NCBI GenBank assembly: GCA_013239625.1
Contig: MU053376.1
Location: 1,388,833 to 1,452,832, forward strand
Direction of reading: 5' to 3'
Length of the DNA stretch: 64,000 nt
Source of the DNA: Lama guanicoe
Lineage: Eukaryota
Under the pieces are notes generated by a model. That model was not told the origin of the DNA. It worked only from the letters and a program-made list of their open reading frames with translations, and searched no databases. Both the position numbers and the translations under genes were made by a program. This document shows, one piece after another, positions 23,906 to 37,109 of this stretch (its first letter is position 1; the number at the start of each line of letters is the position of its first letter).

Positions 23906-25749
23906 AGGCAGAGAACCAGAATCTTAGGACTATGACAAAGTTGGTACCTCTAATTCCATTTATTTTTGGAAAAATTTCCCAAACCAAATCCTAGAGTCTT
24001 AATGTCTATCATGTAGATAATGCTTGAGCCCTACAGGTTTATAACAGCTAAGCCATACATGCAAAAAGACAGAACCACCGACATCTCCACAATGAGCATA
24101 CACGTGCCATCCTGAGCAAATGAGAGGTGTTCCCAAGGGGGTGTTGGTTTAACATCCACCTCCCCCTTTGGTTATTAGAGGAGAGCTTGTACTGGGTGAA
24201 ATGCTGGTGGAGCTGGTGGATACTTCAGGGCAGAACATAATTCTGCAGAAAACACTGAAGTTTCTCTAGCACTTTACAGGGGCTCTGCAACAGAAAGTTG
24301 TTGTGAAAGAAAAAGGGCACTGTGGTTTTGGACCGAAGTACTGGGGAAAAAAATTCTTCTTCAAAAAAATTACAAAGACATAAAACAAACATGCTCAGTG
24401 GGCACTTTAAAGGAATATTTTACTCATTCAATTTTGATATCAGTTAATTCTTTGAACAGGTGGTGAACAACTGGACATATAAAGTTGAATACCTCTTCAT
24501 TCTAGTTCCCAAAAGTGTGCTATTAATATGAAATTCAATGATTTCCTCAATCATAAAAGAGAACTAAGAGGGAAAAAGTTACAAAAGACAGTTATTTAAA
24601 ATTACAAAGGTAAAATGAAGAGCCAAAAAAAATCACTACTTTTATTCTTGTTACCTATCAGTCAAAAAATCCAAACTCTTGTTTTACGTCTCACAAAAAT
24701 CTCAATGTTTCTACAATTACAGTTTTTCCCCAAAAATTACTGTTTTAAAAGTTTTTCAGTACCATTATAAGGAGGGAAACACTTAATTGATCCAAATGAA
24801 GGAATCTGACTTTTGAGGGGTTAAATGTGGAAAACATAATTGATTCTACCTTAATGCTTCAAAGATAGTGGATTAATCCCTGTGCTAAAATGAAAGAGGG
24901 AACAAGCTGAAGTAACTCATTAGAGAAAGGAAGTCTATTAAATAAAACCTTTTCCACCCTAAACATGTTTATAATACACATAGTCCAGTTGCTGTGGTGA
25001 CCCTTAGTCCATTTTTCAGAAACAGTATTTAGACCCGAAAAAATAAATTCCAGCCTCCAAATTCAGAGTGCTGCTTAAATAAAACAAAAACAAATTACGA
25101 TACGTATCAAGACTAGTTTTGAGTTAAAACCATCCTCGCTGTCAAAAAGGAACCTAGTGTATCTAACCACACAGTATCCTAACAGAAATACTGAAAGTGT
25201 GCTGTTACAATAAAACTTAAAAACAACACTTCCCTAAATGGATTCCATTTACGCAGTTTTAATGTTTAAATAAAATCAAAGAGGAAAGAGTTCCCGAGGG
25301 GGTAAAACTGAATCACACTACATTTTAAATAAAACATCACTGACAGTTTTGAGTATGGAAGCACCAGGTCTTCCGCAGTGGGGTGGTGAGTAGGAGACGG
25401 CAAAAGGGAAGGGAGGATCTGATCCACCAACCAGACATGAGTGAATCGTTCCCGTAAGGAGTAAAACTCCGGAATCTTAATTTTAAAACCCTAAACTTCA
25501 AAGAGCAAAAACCTGGAAAAAAGCCAACTGTGTATTTTTTGACTACTTCAGTCAACAATGCCCCTTATTTCCTGCCAAAGCCAGTTAATATTCAGCCACC
25601 AAAAGATGTTTCCAATTGGTCTTCCCAGGAATGAAGAAGCCACCAGCCTCGCTGCAGCTGTACATTAAGCAGAAAGTAAAGGGGGGAGGGGGCTTGCTGG
25701 AGAGAAGTACAAAAAGAAATGAAACTTGACACCGGATGAATAGCGAGCT

Positions 25750-26990
25750 TGGAGGCGGGGGAGGAAGAGACACGGATGACCGTGTGCCCCGGAGGAGATC
25801 AAAGTCCGGGGGAAGAGCCGCAACCTCACTCGGCCCGGGTAAACTGTACTTTCACTTTCCAACTTCCTGTCACTACAGAAAGTCAGAATTGCTCCCCTCC
25901 CGGCAGCCCCGCCACCCCGACAGAAAACAAAACTAAACGAAAAACCCAGAAAAACCTCCCAACCCCCTTTTGACCCAGGGGCCTCGCGGGACCAAACAGG
26001 GGGCGAAGAGAGGGGAGCGGGGCGCTCCCGCGTCCACCTGCGCGCCTCGGGGCTGGAGCCGCCAGACAAGGCGGGACGGGGCGGGGCGGGTCCCCAGGGG
26101 AGCGCGCGGCCGCCGCCCCCGCGCCCGCCCCCGCGCGCTCACTTCCTGTTGTGCCCCGAGCCCCCGCCCGCGCTCCCCGCCGTTGTGGGTGGCGGCCGTG
26201 AGACCCCGACGGGGCGCGGGGTGGACGGGGCGCGCGGGGCTCGCCGCTCACCGAGGCCGCGCGCGGGGCTCCCTCCGAGTCTCCGCCTCGAACACGATGC
26301 TCCCTTCCGCCCTCCGCCTCCTCACGCTGGGAATTCGAGGACGGCGCGGCAGCCGCTGCGACCCCAGCGGCGCAGCCGGAGAAGGCGGCCGCGGCCAACC
26401 CGAGCCCGCCGGGACGGGTCGTCGGGGCCGCTACCCGCCGGGCGCGCGCGCTCGGGGCGTTCCTCGCCGCGGCCGGACCTGCCACTCGCTCCGCGGCCGC
26501 CGCCACTCTCAAACCCCCCAGGTTGCGTCGGGCCCCACCTCCCGACGCCGGAGCCGCCGCGCGTCACTTCCGGGGGCGGGAAGGGAGGGGCCGCCGGCGG
26601 AGGGGCGCAGCTCGCCGCCGCTGCCGTCCCTGTCCCGGGGTTGGGGGCCAGGGTTGCGGGTGTGGGCGCGGCGAGGGCGCCCCCTGGGGTTCCCAGCTGT
26701 GCACTCTCCTCTGGGCTACTAAGCAGTTACTGTTTGCTGAGGCGCATGACCCGAACCCTCGCACCAAAGCTGCCACGGGCGTCGGGACCTCGGAGGAGCT
26801 GGGGCTCCTCCGTGCCTCCCCCGCCCGAGGGAAGAGGTGGCGCTCGTCGAGCGGCCTCCAAGGGACCACTTCTGTTGTTGCGAAGCTTAAGTGTGAGGGC
26901 TTCACCCTCCAGGCTTCCCGTCCTGCCTTCTTCCTGGCTGGGTGGAAGGAGAGACTGGTACCGCCGCAGTCTGCTCATCGAAGTGCAAGA
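25750..26990. promoter_or_regulatory. ELK4: CpG island and ELK4 promoter
   Basis: Very high GC and CpG density, several GC boxes, and ETS site CCGGAAGT (- strand, 26566-26573). Lies upstream of the ELK4 coding exons. Confidence 0.92.
26252..26520 (-). other. ELK4: ELK4 non-coding exon 1 (5' end approximate)
   Basis: Donor GCGGCCTCG|gtgagc at 26252/26251 within the CpG island. TSS inferred just downstream of the ETS/GC-box cluster. Confidence 0.7.
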
Positions 26991-27449
26991 TCCCAGACAC
27001 GACCAACACTTGATAAATATTCAGTCGGCAACTCTGGCCCTCTAGCCCGGGGACTGACCAGGGGAAACCCTGGTGTTGTGGGGAAAGCTCCTTTTGACGC
27101 TGGAGTCAGAGACCTGGAATCCATCCAGGTCATCGCTCTACCTCTGACTAACCCTGCAATCTGCAGCAACTTTCCTTACCTCCCAAAACAGTTGCGTCCT
27201 GTATAAGCCGGAGAGAACCCGTTCTCTTAGAGTTGTAATGATTAGATGAGATGCGTAAGTCATTTCACAGTGTCCAGCCTATAGATTCTCATTAAACACA
27301 GTTCTTAAAGAACCAGATCATACTTGGTACAGGAAGCTACTTGAACAGCTTAGCGACAGAAGGGATGTAGAGACAGCTGAACAAAACTTCTAATAAATAG
27401 AATGTGTATCCCATTCAGCAGGAAGCCAAGAACAGGTCAATGCCTTAGT

Positions 27450-27640
27450 TACTGGTTGTTCCTGGCCATCTACTAGCTGTGTGTCCTGCAATGAGTTGCT
27501 TAACCTCTCTGAACCTCCTCCCATCATGTAAAACGAAGATAGCAGTGTGCAACATTGCTGAGAAGACAAATGCGATAAAAGCTGTAATGTGTTTAGGGTG
27601 TTACCTGGCACATAGTAGACACCCAGTAAATACTGATGTC
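27450..27640 (+). mobile_element. MIR SINE
   Basis: tactagctgtgtgtcc...cttaacctctctgaacctc...cctggcacatagtagacacccagtaaat. Confidence 0.75.
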
Positions 27641-27903
27641 ATTTATTTTCCCTCCTCCTCCCTACAATTGAATTCATGGTAAAGGTAATTAAACTCACTG
27701 AGAGAAATGTGGTTCTATCATTACTTTGAAGGCTTGTGGAAGAGAATAATCACTTCAATTTTTAACCTCCTCCACTTTAATACAGAGTAATTATAATATA
27801 CAGAGTTATTCCTGGAAAAGCAATGGCCTCTAAAAGATGTTACCTTTTCTAAAATAGTTTTACCAAAGGATGTAAACATCTTTTCATTAAGAATTTGTTT
27901 TAC

Positions 27904-28175
27904 AAATTTATCTACAAAGCAGAAACAGACTCACAGACATAGAGAACAAATTTATGGTTACCAGAGGTTAAAGGGGGTGGGAATAAATTGGGAATTCAGA
28001 AATTGCACCTCTTGGGGAGTGATGGGAATGTTAGCTATCTTGATTGTGGTAGTGGTTTAACTGGCGTATACATCTATCAAAATTCATCAAAGTGCACATC
28101 TGAAATATGTGTAGTTTCCTGTACAGGAACCATACCACAATAAAGGTGTTAAAAAGTTAAATAAATAAATAAAAA
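27904..28175 (+). mobile_element. L1 3'UTR fragment with A-rich tail
   Basis: acaaagcagaaacagactcacagacatagagaacaaatttatggttacc...tatcttgattgtggt...aataaa...aaataaataaataaaaa. Confidence 0.8.
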
Positions 28176-29110
28176 GTATGTGTTTTGAAAGGAACATGCA
28201 ATATCTGAAATACACTAGCACTCTTGACCCCTAATACAAGAGTTTTTTCTTTGTAACAACTCCCATTTTAGAAACCAATAAAAAATAAGAATTTTTAAGA
28301 TAGGCTGTTTAAGATACACCCGTTGGGAACAGTTGTTTACAGGAAGGTTTCTTTAAAACCCCATACCAAGACCTGCTAAGGGTTGTGGAGCTCCTCTGCA
28401 GACTGTCCAGCTGTGTCCAAACTAGCAATAAAATTACGATTTAGCCTCAGGGTCTGTAGGTGTATTGTAACCCTGTAGGCTGAGCTGACAACGTTGTCAA
28501 TTGCTATGTATTTTTGGAAAAGAGCCTACTTTGGGAGTTCTGAAATTAGTCATAGCAAGTCTGTCTGTTTTTATATTGAGTAGGGTTCTTGTTTGTTTAA
28601 ACGCAGTACATGTTGACAGCAGAGAAACTAAAAGAAAAGTGGATTTCAGATTACTGAACTGGAAAAAAAAGTTTTATTAATATACCTGGTTTTCTCACTC
28701 AGGATTCTATAAATACAGAATCTCTGTCCATGGTTCCTCACACAACAGATGGTTCTGTTTTTGCAAACTCCATAGTGGCTCTGTTGGTCAACCAAAGAGA
28801 ATGTGCTTTTTTGTTATCTTGTTTGGTCATTTTCCTACCAGAGAGATGGATTCCCATTCTTAGCCTTAGCTACTCAGGACTATCTCACATAAAATTTGCA
28901 GATTTTATTAAGTGTTTAAACATACCTTTTCTGTCTGACCTGCCCTAGATTATGTGTTTTAACCATGACAGTTATCCCAGGTTTGCCACCCCAACTCCCC
29001 TATTTAATTACATTTCTTATCCCAGTAACGAGTTATGACCATTTCTTCTCAAGGCAGCTTCCCTTTCCCTCTTTTTTATTTCACTGCCTCAACATTACCC
29101 CATGTTAGTA

Positions 29111-29416
29111 TAGTCAGCCAGGGTCTGTACCCAGGGTTTCCACATTCACAGATTCAAGTAACTGCAGATGGAAAATATTTTTTAAAAACCCGGAAGTTTC
29201 CAAAAAGCAAAGTTGAATTTGCTGTGCACCAAATATTTACATAGCACTTACATTGTATTAAGTATTGTAAGTAATCTAGAGATGATTTAAAGTATGTGGA
29301 GGGGAAGTGCATTATAAGCAAATACTATGCCATATGTATGAGGCTTGAGCATCTTCAGATTTGGGGATCCTTGGGGGTCCAGGAAACAATCCTCTGTGGT
29401 ACAGAGGGATGACTAG
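29111..29416. mobile_element. Tigger3/MER2-type TcMar DNA transposon
   Basis: tttacatagcacttacattgtattaagtattgtaagtaatctagagatgatttaaagtat, with degenerate TIRs tagtcagcc and gggatgacta. Confidence 0.8.
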
Positions 29417-31989
29417 TCCTTTTTCCTAAAGAAACATTTCATGGACTTGACTCACTGCGCAAGCACAGAGCCATCCAGTTGCCTGGTGAGTCTTTTCAGG
29501 CAGTGTCTTGCAGCACATAAATAAAGAAAAGATATCCTTTAAGTCAAAAGGAGCACCAACAACCCCAGGGAGGGACAGATAGGAGGCAAACTGCACCATG
29601 ACTGAGTTGAAAGAAAAAAATTGGGGATTTCTGAGTTCTAGCCTTTCAGCCTCCCAAAACTCGATGCCTGATCTTCTTGTGGAAATCCTTATCCTTATCC
29701 TTTCTGGGCCTCACTTTCAACATCTTTAAAAAGAACAGAGTCATTATCTTTCAACTTCTAGTCTGTGGTGGATAGAGTAAAAGAAAAAGACTGTTGAGCA
29801 AATAAATGATGCCTTGAACTCTTTTTAAATGACCTATAGTGTGCATGGGGATTGAAATCTTAGAGGAAGAGCTATCTTTGAAAATAAAATGTTCATTAGC
29901 CGTCTATTGAATTGTGCAGCATTTACTAAGCCCCTTACCTATCAAGGGGCTAAAATTCACCGAAGACAACCAGTGAAATGATGGTTAGAAATCTCTTTTC
30001 ACCAAGACTATTGTTCTGGGCAAAGACATTTCATCCCCAATAATAAGACTTAAAATCAGAGGATATTCAAGGTCTAGAGAAAAACCCATGATAAGGTCCT
30101 TGAACAAGGTACTTGTGGCCTCTGGACTGGGGAAGGCTCCTGAAAGCATCTTTCAGCCCTAGCCGTAAGCTTCACACAACACATTGCTTTCCCAGAGAGG
30201 GCATGATGAGACATGAGTCATTGCAGTTACATGCCTAGGGCATAGCAACTCTCTAAGACATTTCATGACCTGTCACAAACACACCTCAGGAATAACTTTA
30301 TATCATGTTCATGTTGGGAATCTACACCCAGACAACTTCTTTCCTCTGCCATTATTATTTTTAACCTAAAATAATTTTATTGGTCCTTGATAAATGTACT
30401 TTTTCCAGGCTTCTGAAAATCAATATGGAGTGTGTTCTAGAGGAAGAGAAGGGAACTTTAAAAAATGGTATGACTGAATAGACAAGAGCTCATGAAATCC
30501 ACCTCGTGAGTAACTGTACAAGATTCTGAGTGGATTGACCAACTCCTTGTAGGATACATATTGCTCTGAATTTTAAGCTTGAAGTTTTGTTTCCTCTCTT
30601 GTATACTTTATAACAGGCTGGAAATTTTTTTTTCAGTTACAATTAATTCAGGAATCACCAGTGTGTAATACTATGCTGTTTACTGTAGAAGAAACTCAAA
30701 GAGGCTTTGTTATTTTTCCTAAGAACTTTCTGTCTTGGACCAATGACACTGACACCCTCAGAGACCATCATTACTATCTACAATTTCCATTGTTTTTAGA
30801 ATTCTTTCACACTATCTCTTTTGGTCCTACTGACATGGATAAAGCATTCAGAGAAGGAGCCAGAGATGATGGGAAAAGCATCAAGCAAAGGAAGGTAGAA
30901 GCGTAACTCTAAACAGGGTTTCTTGCGGTGAAGAGGGATTGGGAGAGGAGTGAAATGACCACCTCCCGCCGCATTAAGAAACATTTCCTAAAGGGGTGGA
31001 GTTTGAAAGACTTGGTGCTAATTCAGAAATGTGTAATGCCAGCTTTTTTCTTCCTTACTTTATTTATCCAGCTGCGAAACAAAGTTAGTTTTGCTATGCA
31101 AGACAATGTGTGAGTTGTACACCCAATTCAAGAGTGTGACAGAGCCACCGGCTTGCTTCTCTCAAGGGAAGGAAACTGGAATTCCCTCTGGGCTCACCCT
31201 GTAAAGTGGAAACATTATTGCACCTGCAGGGCTTTTTTCCCCCTCCCCCTCTTTCTCTCAGTCTCCCCCACTCCTGATGCTTGTAACTGATCAAATATGT
31301 CTAGAGATCAGATTCCAACAGGAGAGCCCTAAAGTAGAGGGGGAATAGGAGGGTCTGCCTGTGATGGAAAAGAATCCACAGGCAGGGTTTCATGGAGCAG
31401 AGAGTTCTGGGTAGATTTGGTTTGGAATTGTAACCCTCCTCGCTGTGCACACTTTATCTTCATTTCTTTGCTTTCTCCCCACCTCCCATCCCAGCCCTCT
31501 CTCCCAGCCTTATTTTTCTTCCTATGTCTAATTTTCCTTTCCCTTTTTACTTCTATTCCTTAATCCTGCCAGTGGCCCCCTTTGAAATTTATTAGCCAGG
31601 ATAGTGGCCCTTGGACCTGAAAGATTTCATATCAAAAAATAATTTTTAAGCATCAGTCATGTGCTGAACACTGCACTGGATTCTTCAGGAGATACAGAGA
31701 TGACTAAGACCAGTCTCTTCTCTTTGGAAGTTTCTAACAGACAAGGGGGTGAAAACCACTATGACGGGACGGCTTGTTAAACAGGGGGGAAAATTAAGTG
31801 CTGGGAGTCGGAGTTGGACAGTCAGGAGGCTCCTCATGTATTTACCTGGGCACTCGCACGAGAATGTGGGAGAGGGGATTTGTAGGAGAAACATCCTGCT
31901 TGGAATGCCTTCTCCCCTGCTCTGCCCCGCCTGGCTGTTTTCTACGTGTTTCTACATGTTTTCAGCTCAGATGTCGCCTGCTCCAGGGA

Positions 31990-33610
31990 GTCCTCCTAAA
32001 CCCCTAGACTGAGTGTGACCTCCAATGTCTCCCATTGTATCCAGTACTGACTTTGTCTGTGGCACTCACCACACTGACCTGAAATTTCTTATCTATGTCT
32101 TCAATCCTTGGACTGGGTCCTTGAGAAGTCTTGCTCTCCTTTGCAGCCCAGAACCCAGCATGGTCCCTGCCCCAGGAGCTGCTCAGTAAATGCTCACGGA
32201 ATGACTAGATCGTCTGGGTGAAGGGCACGGACATGCCTGACTCGGAGAAGCGTCCTGGTGTTCAAGTCACCCATCCTAAGAAAACTTCAACCATCAGCCT
32301 ATCTTTTTCTCTTTCCTTCCCTTCAGTATCAGACTTCAAAAAGTTATGGCTTTTATCTGCCACCTACGCTTTCTCACCTTGCTCTCTCTCTCCAATCTGC
32401 TGAACGTGTCTACTGTCTCTGCCATGGACTCTTCCCTAGGGAAGGTTACAGCCATCCTAATTGCCAGCTCCGGCCTCCCCTTTTCAGGCAGTATCCTGTC
32501 CACCATCTCCTACTCCTCCTTAAGACCGATTCAGACGCCACCTATCTTAGGTAGACATCCCTCAACCTCCAAAGCAGGCTTAGATGTCCCTTCCTGGCGC
32601 CTTCCCTGCAACACAATTGTCTCTTGGCTTCCATGATCCTTCTCTCTCTCTGGCCAGTTTCTGTCTCTTTGGGGGCTTCTGTTCCACCAGCCCTGAAGAA
32701 TGGGCTCTCTCCTTACCTCAGAGTTCTGCCTTTGAACTGTTGTCCCTCAGTACAGTTCCCATGAGGGACCTCATTCTCTCCAAGGCTTTGTTCACCACCC
32801 AAATGGTGATGACCCCTAACCTTTACCTCTGGCCCTTATTTCTCCCCCAATCTCTGGATCCATGTTTCCAGTTTCCTACAGGATTTTTTTCACCTGGATG
32901 TCTTCCTGACCCTACCCTCACTGAATCTCAGAATATACAACTTGAATTCATTACCTGTACCTACCACACCTCCTCAATCCTCCTTCCCAATTTCAGTTGA
33001 AAGCATTCCCCTGCCGTTTCAGTCCTCTCTAATGAGTCCTCCTTCCACACCTTCCACAGGTCACCTTGGTCTGTTGTACCTGATCTCTGGAATAGCTGAC
33101 ATCTGTCCCCTCCTCATGCCTGTCCCAAAGGCCCTCACTGTCTCTTGCTAGGACTATTGCAGTAGCCTTCTGCCTTCCTTCCCAGTATCCCGGCGCTCCA
33201 GCGCTTCCTCCACATCACCACGGGGAAAACTACTGAAACCCGCATTTGACTATGTCACTCATCTGTTCTGGAGTGCTCAGTGATTGATTTCTCCACTGCT
33301 TCCAGGATGAAGCCCAAACTCTGGCCTGACAGGCCTGTGAAGAACAAGGTTGAAAGGTGCTATCATCCTTCCATGTTTCCTATTTTGTTTAGTGACCCTT
33401 TACAGTCTCGCCCATTTCAGCCCAATCTCTAGCCCCGCACACTAGAGCCCCTCAAACACATCAAGCCCTGCCCGGACTCCAGCCTTTGTGAGGGTAACTC
33501 CCTCAGCCTGGAATGTCACCTCCATCCCATAGAATTCCTAGAATGCAAATTCTGTGTCAGTCGGCTCTGTCCACAGTGCCTGGTACCTAAGAGAGACTTA
33601 GTACACATTG
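31990..33610 (+). mobile_element. Cluster of decayed L2 fragments
   Basis: Pyrimidine-rich L2 body (ggactattgcagtagcctt, atgaagcccaaactc, gcctggaatg) and 3' ends (gctcagtaaatgct, cacagtgcctggtac). Confidence 0.65.
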
Positions 33611-33989
33611 AAAGAGGAACTCCTACTTCAAGGAAAGCCCAGCTCTCAGAAGTTACTTCTCTATTTCTCCTGACCACAGTGCACTTCCACCCTAATTAGA
33701 TGTGATTGTCCCCTCCAGCCTTCATCACTTAACAAGGATTTCATGAGTTCCTGCTAAGTACCAGGCATTGTGCTAAGAGAGAGGGCTACAGGAAACTTCT
33801 GTCTAGAGTGATAGACTGGCAAGCAAACAATTATGACACTGGGACAAGTGCTGTGACAGGGGTCCTTCTCTCATCCACTTCTCCCACGGAGAGATTAGCA
33901 TGAAAAGCCACATCATGAGCGTCATACTAATTGGTGAGCTCGGCGTCTGGGCAGAGGGAGCGGGGTTGAATGAGTCAAACATTCCATGA

Positions 33990-34354
33990 TGTCTTAGTCC
34001 GTTCGGGCTGTTATAACAAAAATACCACAGACCACGTAGCTTACCAACAACCGGATTTATTTCTGACAGTCCTGAAGGGTGGGAAACCCAAGGTCAGGGC
34101 CCCCGCAGGGTCACATTCTGCTGAAAGCCTGCTTCCTGGGTTGAAACCAACACCTTCTCTCTGTCCTCACAGGGCGGAAGGGGCAGGGGAGCTCTGTGGG
34201 GTATCTTTTATAAGAGCACGAATCCCGCTCACAAAGGCTCCACCCTCATGACTGAAGCACATTCCAAAGGCCCCACCTCCTAATGCCGTCACCTTGGGGC
34301 GAGGATTTCAACATACGAATTTGGGCAGGACACCAACATTCAGACCACAGTACA
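33990..34354. mobile_element. MLT1A-type MaLR solo LTR
   Basis: Starts tgtcttagtccgttcgggctgttataacaaaaatacc and ends atttcaacatacgaatttggg...aacattcagaccacagtaca (TG...CA). Confidence 0.88.
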
Positions 34355-36064
34355 TGATAACTCGATGTTAACTCGATCAGGGCTGCAGGCAAGAAAGCCC
34401 CTTCTGAGCAACCAGGGGCCATCGCTCCCAACACTTTCCTCATTCGGTCCCCTCTCTGTTTCCTCCTGACCATCTCCCTCTGCTGACACCTTCTCCTCAG
34501 CCATTTTAAGACAATCTCCTAGATTCTAACTCTGCCTCCTCGTCCAGGTTCTGTATCTAACAGAAGAGGAGGAGACATGTCTTTACAGCCAAGACAGCAT
34601 TCCATTTTGCCTTACAGCCATCTGTACCCCTTGGGGCCTAGTTTAGTTTCTCATGCTGAATAGAGGGCTTCGTGTACAACAGATCAACACTTTTGATTGG
34701 ATGAATGGTCACACTTAAACCTCTTCAGACTATTCTATCTGTAAAAACTGACCATTGTCCAGAGCCTCGGATCAGAGAATCTCAGGGTTAAAAAGTGCTT
34801 AAAAATCACGTAGATCAACCAACCCTGCAGGCTTGCTTCTCTGCCACAATCCTGCACCAAGCACTCATCCAGCCCATGCTCCAGTACCTCCAATGCAGAG
34901 CACTCCCTGCCTCCCGAAGCAGTGCATTTACCCTAGACTTTCCAAATCTGTATCCCCATAACCTCTCCCAGCACCCTGCCCTCTGGAGAACACAGAACAA
35001 CTCCATTCCTGCCTCCACACAACAGCTCTTTAAATAGCTGAGGACTGATTTCAAATCCCCCGAGGAGTCTCTTCCCCAAGCTAAACACATCCCCATTTCC
35101 TCCACACCTTCCTTGGGAGGTGGAATTTCACGTAGCTTCACTATCTCACGCGCTGCCCTTGCTCTGAAGAGGAAGGACAATTAACGATACTGGCCAGATT
35201 GGCAGAATGTAGCTTTCTCTTTCAGGCTGGTGACCCAAAGACAAAATCAGAAGCTTCATACCAGCAGAAAGCAAAAAAAAAAGGTTATACATAAGGTTTG
35301 AAAATAGGCTTCTGGTTGCCTTACGGCTCCAAACACCCTCCGCCCACTCTACCCACAACACATCCCAGTGTAGCCAGGAAGGCAGACGCATGCACACAAA
35401 ATGTTATTTTTAAAAAGATGCAAGCATTACTGCTCGAAGTCTGTATTTTCAGAAATTTCCTGCGAGCTCCCTTAGATGAAGGATTGGGCCTGCTCCAGCC
35501 ATTCATCCCCCCAGACGTGTAAGCTTCCCAGCGCAACACAGACAGTGGTCTGGGCCAGCTTTCAAGGTCATAAGGAGATGAGGTCTGTGGGCCTGCCCTG
35601 CGCCTGCTGCACCCCACCTCCCACTGTCCCAAATGCCTCCTCCTCTCACTTTCAAGAGCCAAACGATGCTCATCATGCACGGCTTGCTTCTGTACCTCTC
35701 TGAAACTCATCCATCGAGGACCTCCAAGAGGGTAGAAACTACATCTATCTTTTCAACCTGTACCCTTGCCTTCCCCCATCAAAAATTGCTCTCTGGAAAA
35801 CAGTTCATCGAGTCATTTATATTCTCTTATGAATTCATATCAGTATATTCTTTTCCCAGGGATATTTGCATTTTAAGTATTATTTCTAAATATGGTTTCC
35901 AGTAAAGGAGACTCCAAGCACCAGCTGATTAGTGAACATGGCAGGTGGAATACGCCACGGGAAGAACCTTCCTTCTTGGGCTTCAGTTTCATCGTCTGTA
36001 AACCGAGGGCGGTGTCTGATGCCCTGCTTGGGCATCTAGAAGTCAACGATTTAAAACCTCCTCG

Positions 36065-36600
36065 TATGAGTCACAGGTCACAGAGAAACAGAACCAATAG
36101 GATTCATATACAGAGAAAGATCTATTACAAAAAATTGGCTCACACCATTACGGAGGCTGACACATCCCAGGATCTGCAGGGTGAGCTGGCGAGCTGGACA
36201 GCCAGGAGAGCCAGTGCTGTGATTCCAGCCCAAGGGCGAAGGCCTGAGGACCAGGAGAACCCATGGTGGGGCTCCAGTCTGAAGGCCAGCAGCCTCAAGT
36301 CCCAGGAAGAGCCTTTGTTTCAGTTTGACTCCAAAGGCAGGGAAAAGCTGATGTCCCAATTCGAGGGTAGTGAGGAAGAAGGAACTCTGTCTTACGCAGA
36401 GGAAGGTCAGCTTTTTGGTTCTGATCAGGCCTTCAACTGATTGGACGAGGCCCACCCATGGTTGCTTTACTCCATCCACCAATTCAAATGTTAATCTCCC
36501 CCTCATACATCCTCAAAGACACACTCATAATAATGTCTGACCAAATATCTGGGCACCCCATGGCCCAGTCAAGTTGACACATAAGATGAACAATCACACA
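36065..36600. mobile_element. MLT2-type ERVL solo LTR
   Basis: cagagaaacagaaccaatagga, aattggctcacaccattacggaggctga, and end ggcccagtcaagttgacacataagatgaacaatcaca. Confidence 0.85.
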
Positions 36601-37109
36601 CGTAGAAGTAGATGATGGTCACTCAGAAGGCTTGGCCCTGGTTGTGAACCAGAGAGAAGTTGGATGGGAAAGTGCTTTGAACCCCCAGACATATGGGTAA
36701 GGTCACCCTTGGTATTTAATGCCACCTCTTCTCCCTGCCTCCCCACCCACCACCCTTACAATTTCTTCCCACTCCCACTTCATATCTTTAATTTTTCTTT
36801 TTTTACATTAAGAATATTTTAAAAGCATTTTGAGGAAGATATTATCCATAAAATTCATAGACTTTAATAAATTAAATCTTTCCCAGCAACCAAAACAAAA
36901 CCCACAAGCTCATTCCAAAAAAAAAGTGAAACCACTCATCATTCTCACGGTTTTACTAAACTGAATCTAAAGGTCAAAGAGAAATACTACAATAAACCAC
37001 ATGAAATGCAAAGGCAAAACAGCCTCGTTCAGCCCAGCCACCCGATGCTGGAAGCAGGAGCGTTAGGCTGAGGTTGTCCACTTGCTTAAAAGTAAGATGC
37101 TTTTTGTTT

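Noticed and set aside
25883..27206. Several long overlapping ORFs (209-298 aa) on both strands
   Set aside because: They lie in the CpG island, where stop codons are rare. The translations are low-complexity Arg/Gly/Pro/Ala with non-ATG starts.
35892..36506. 182-aa and 142-aa ORFs
   Set aside because: They fall largely inside the MLT2 LTR, with no exon structure or homology.
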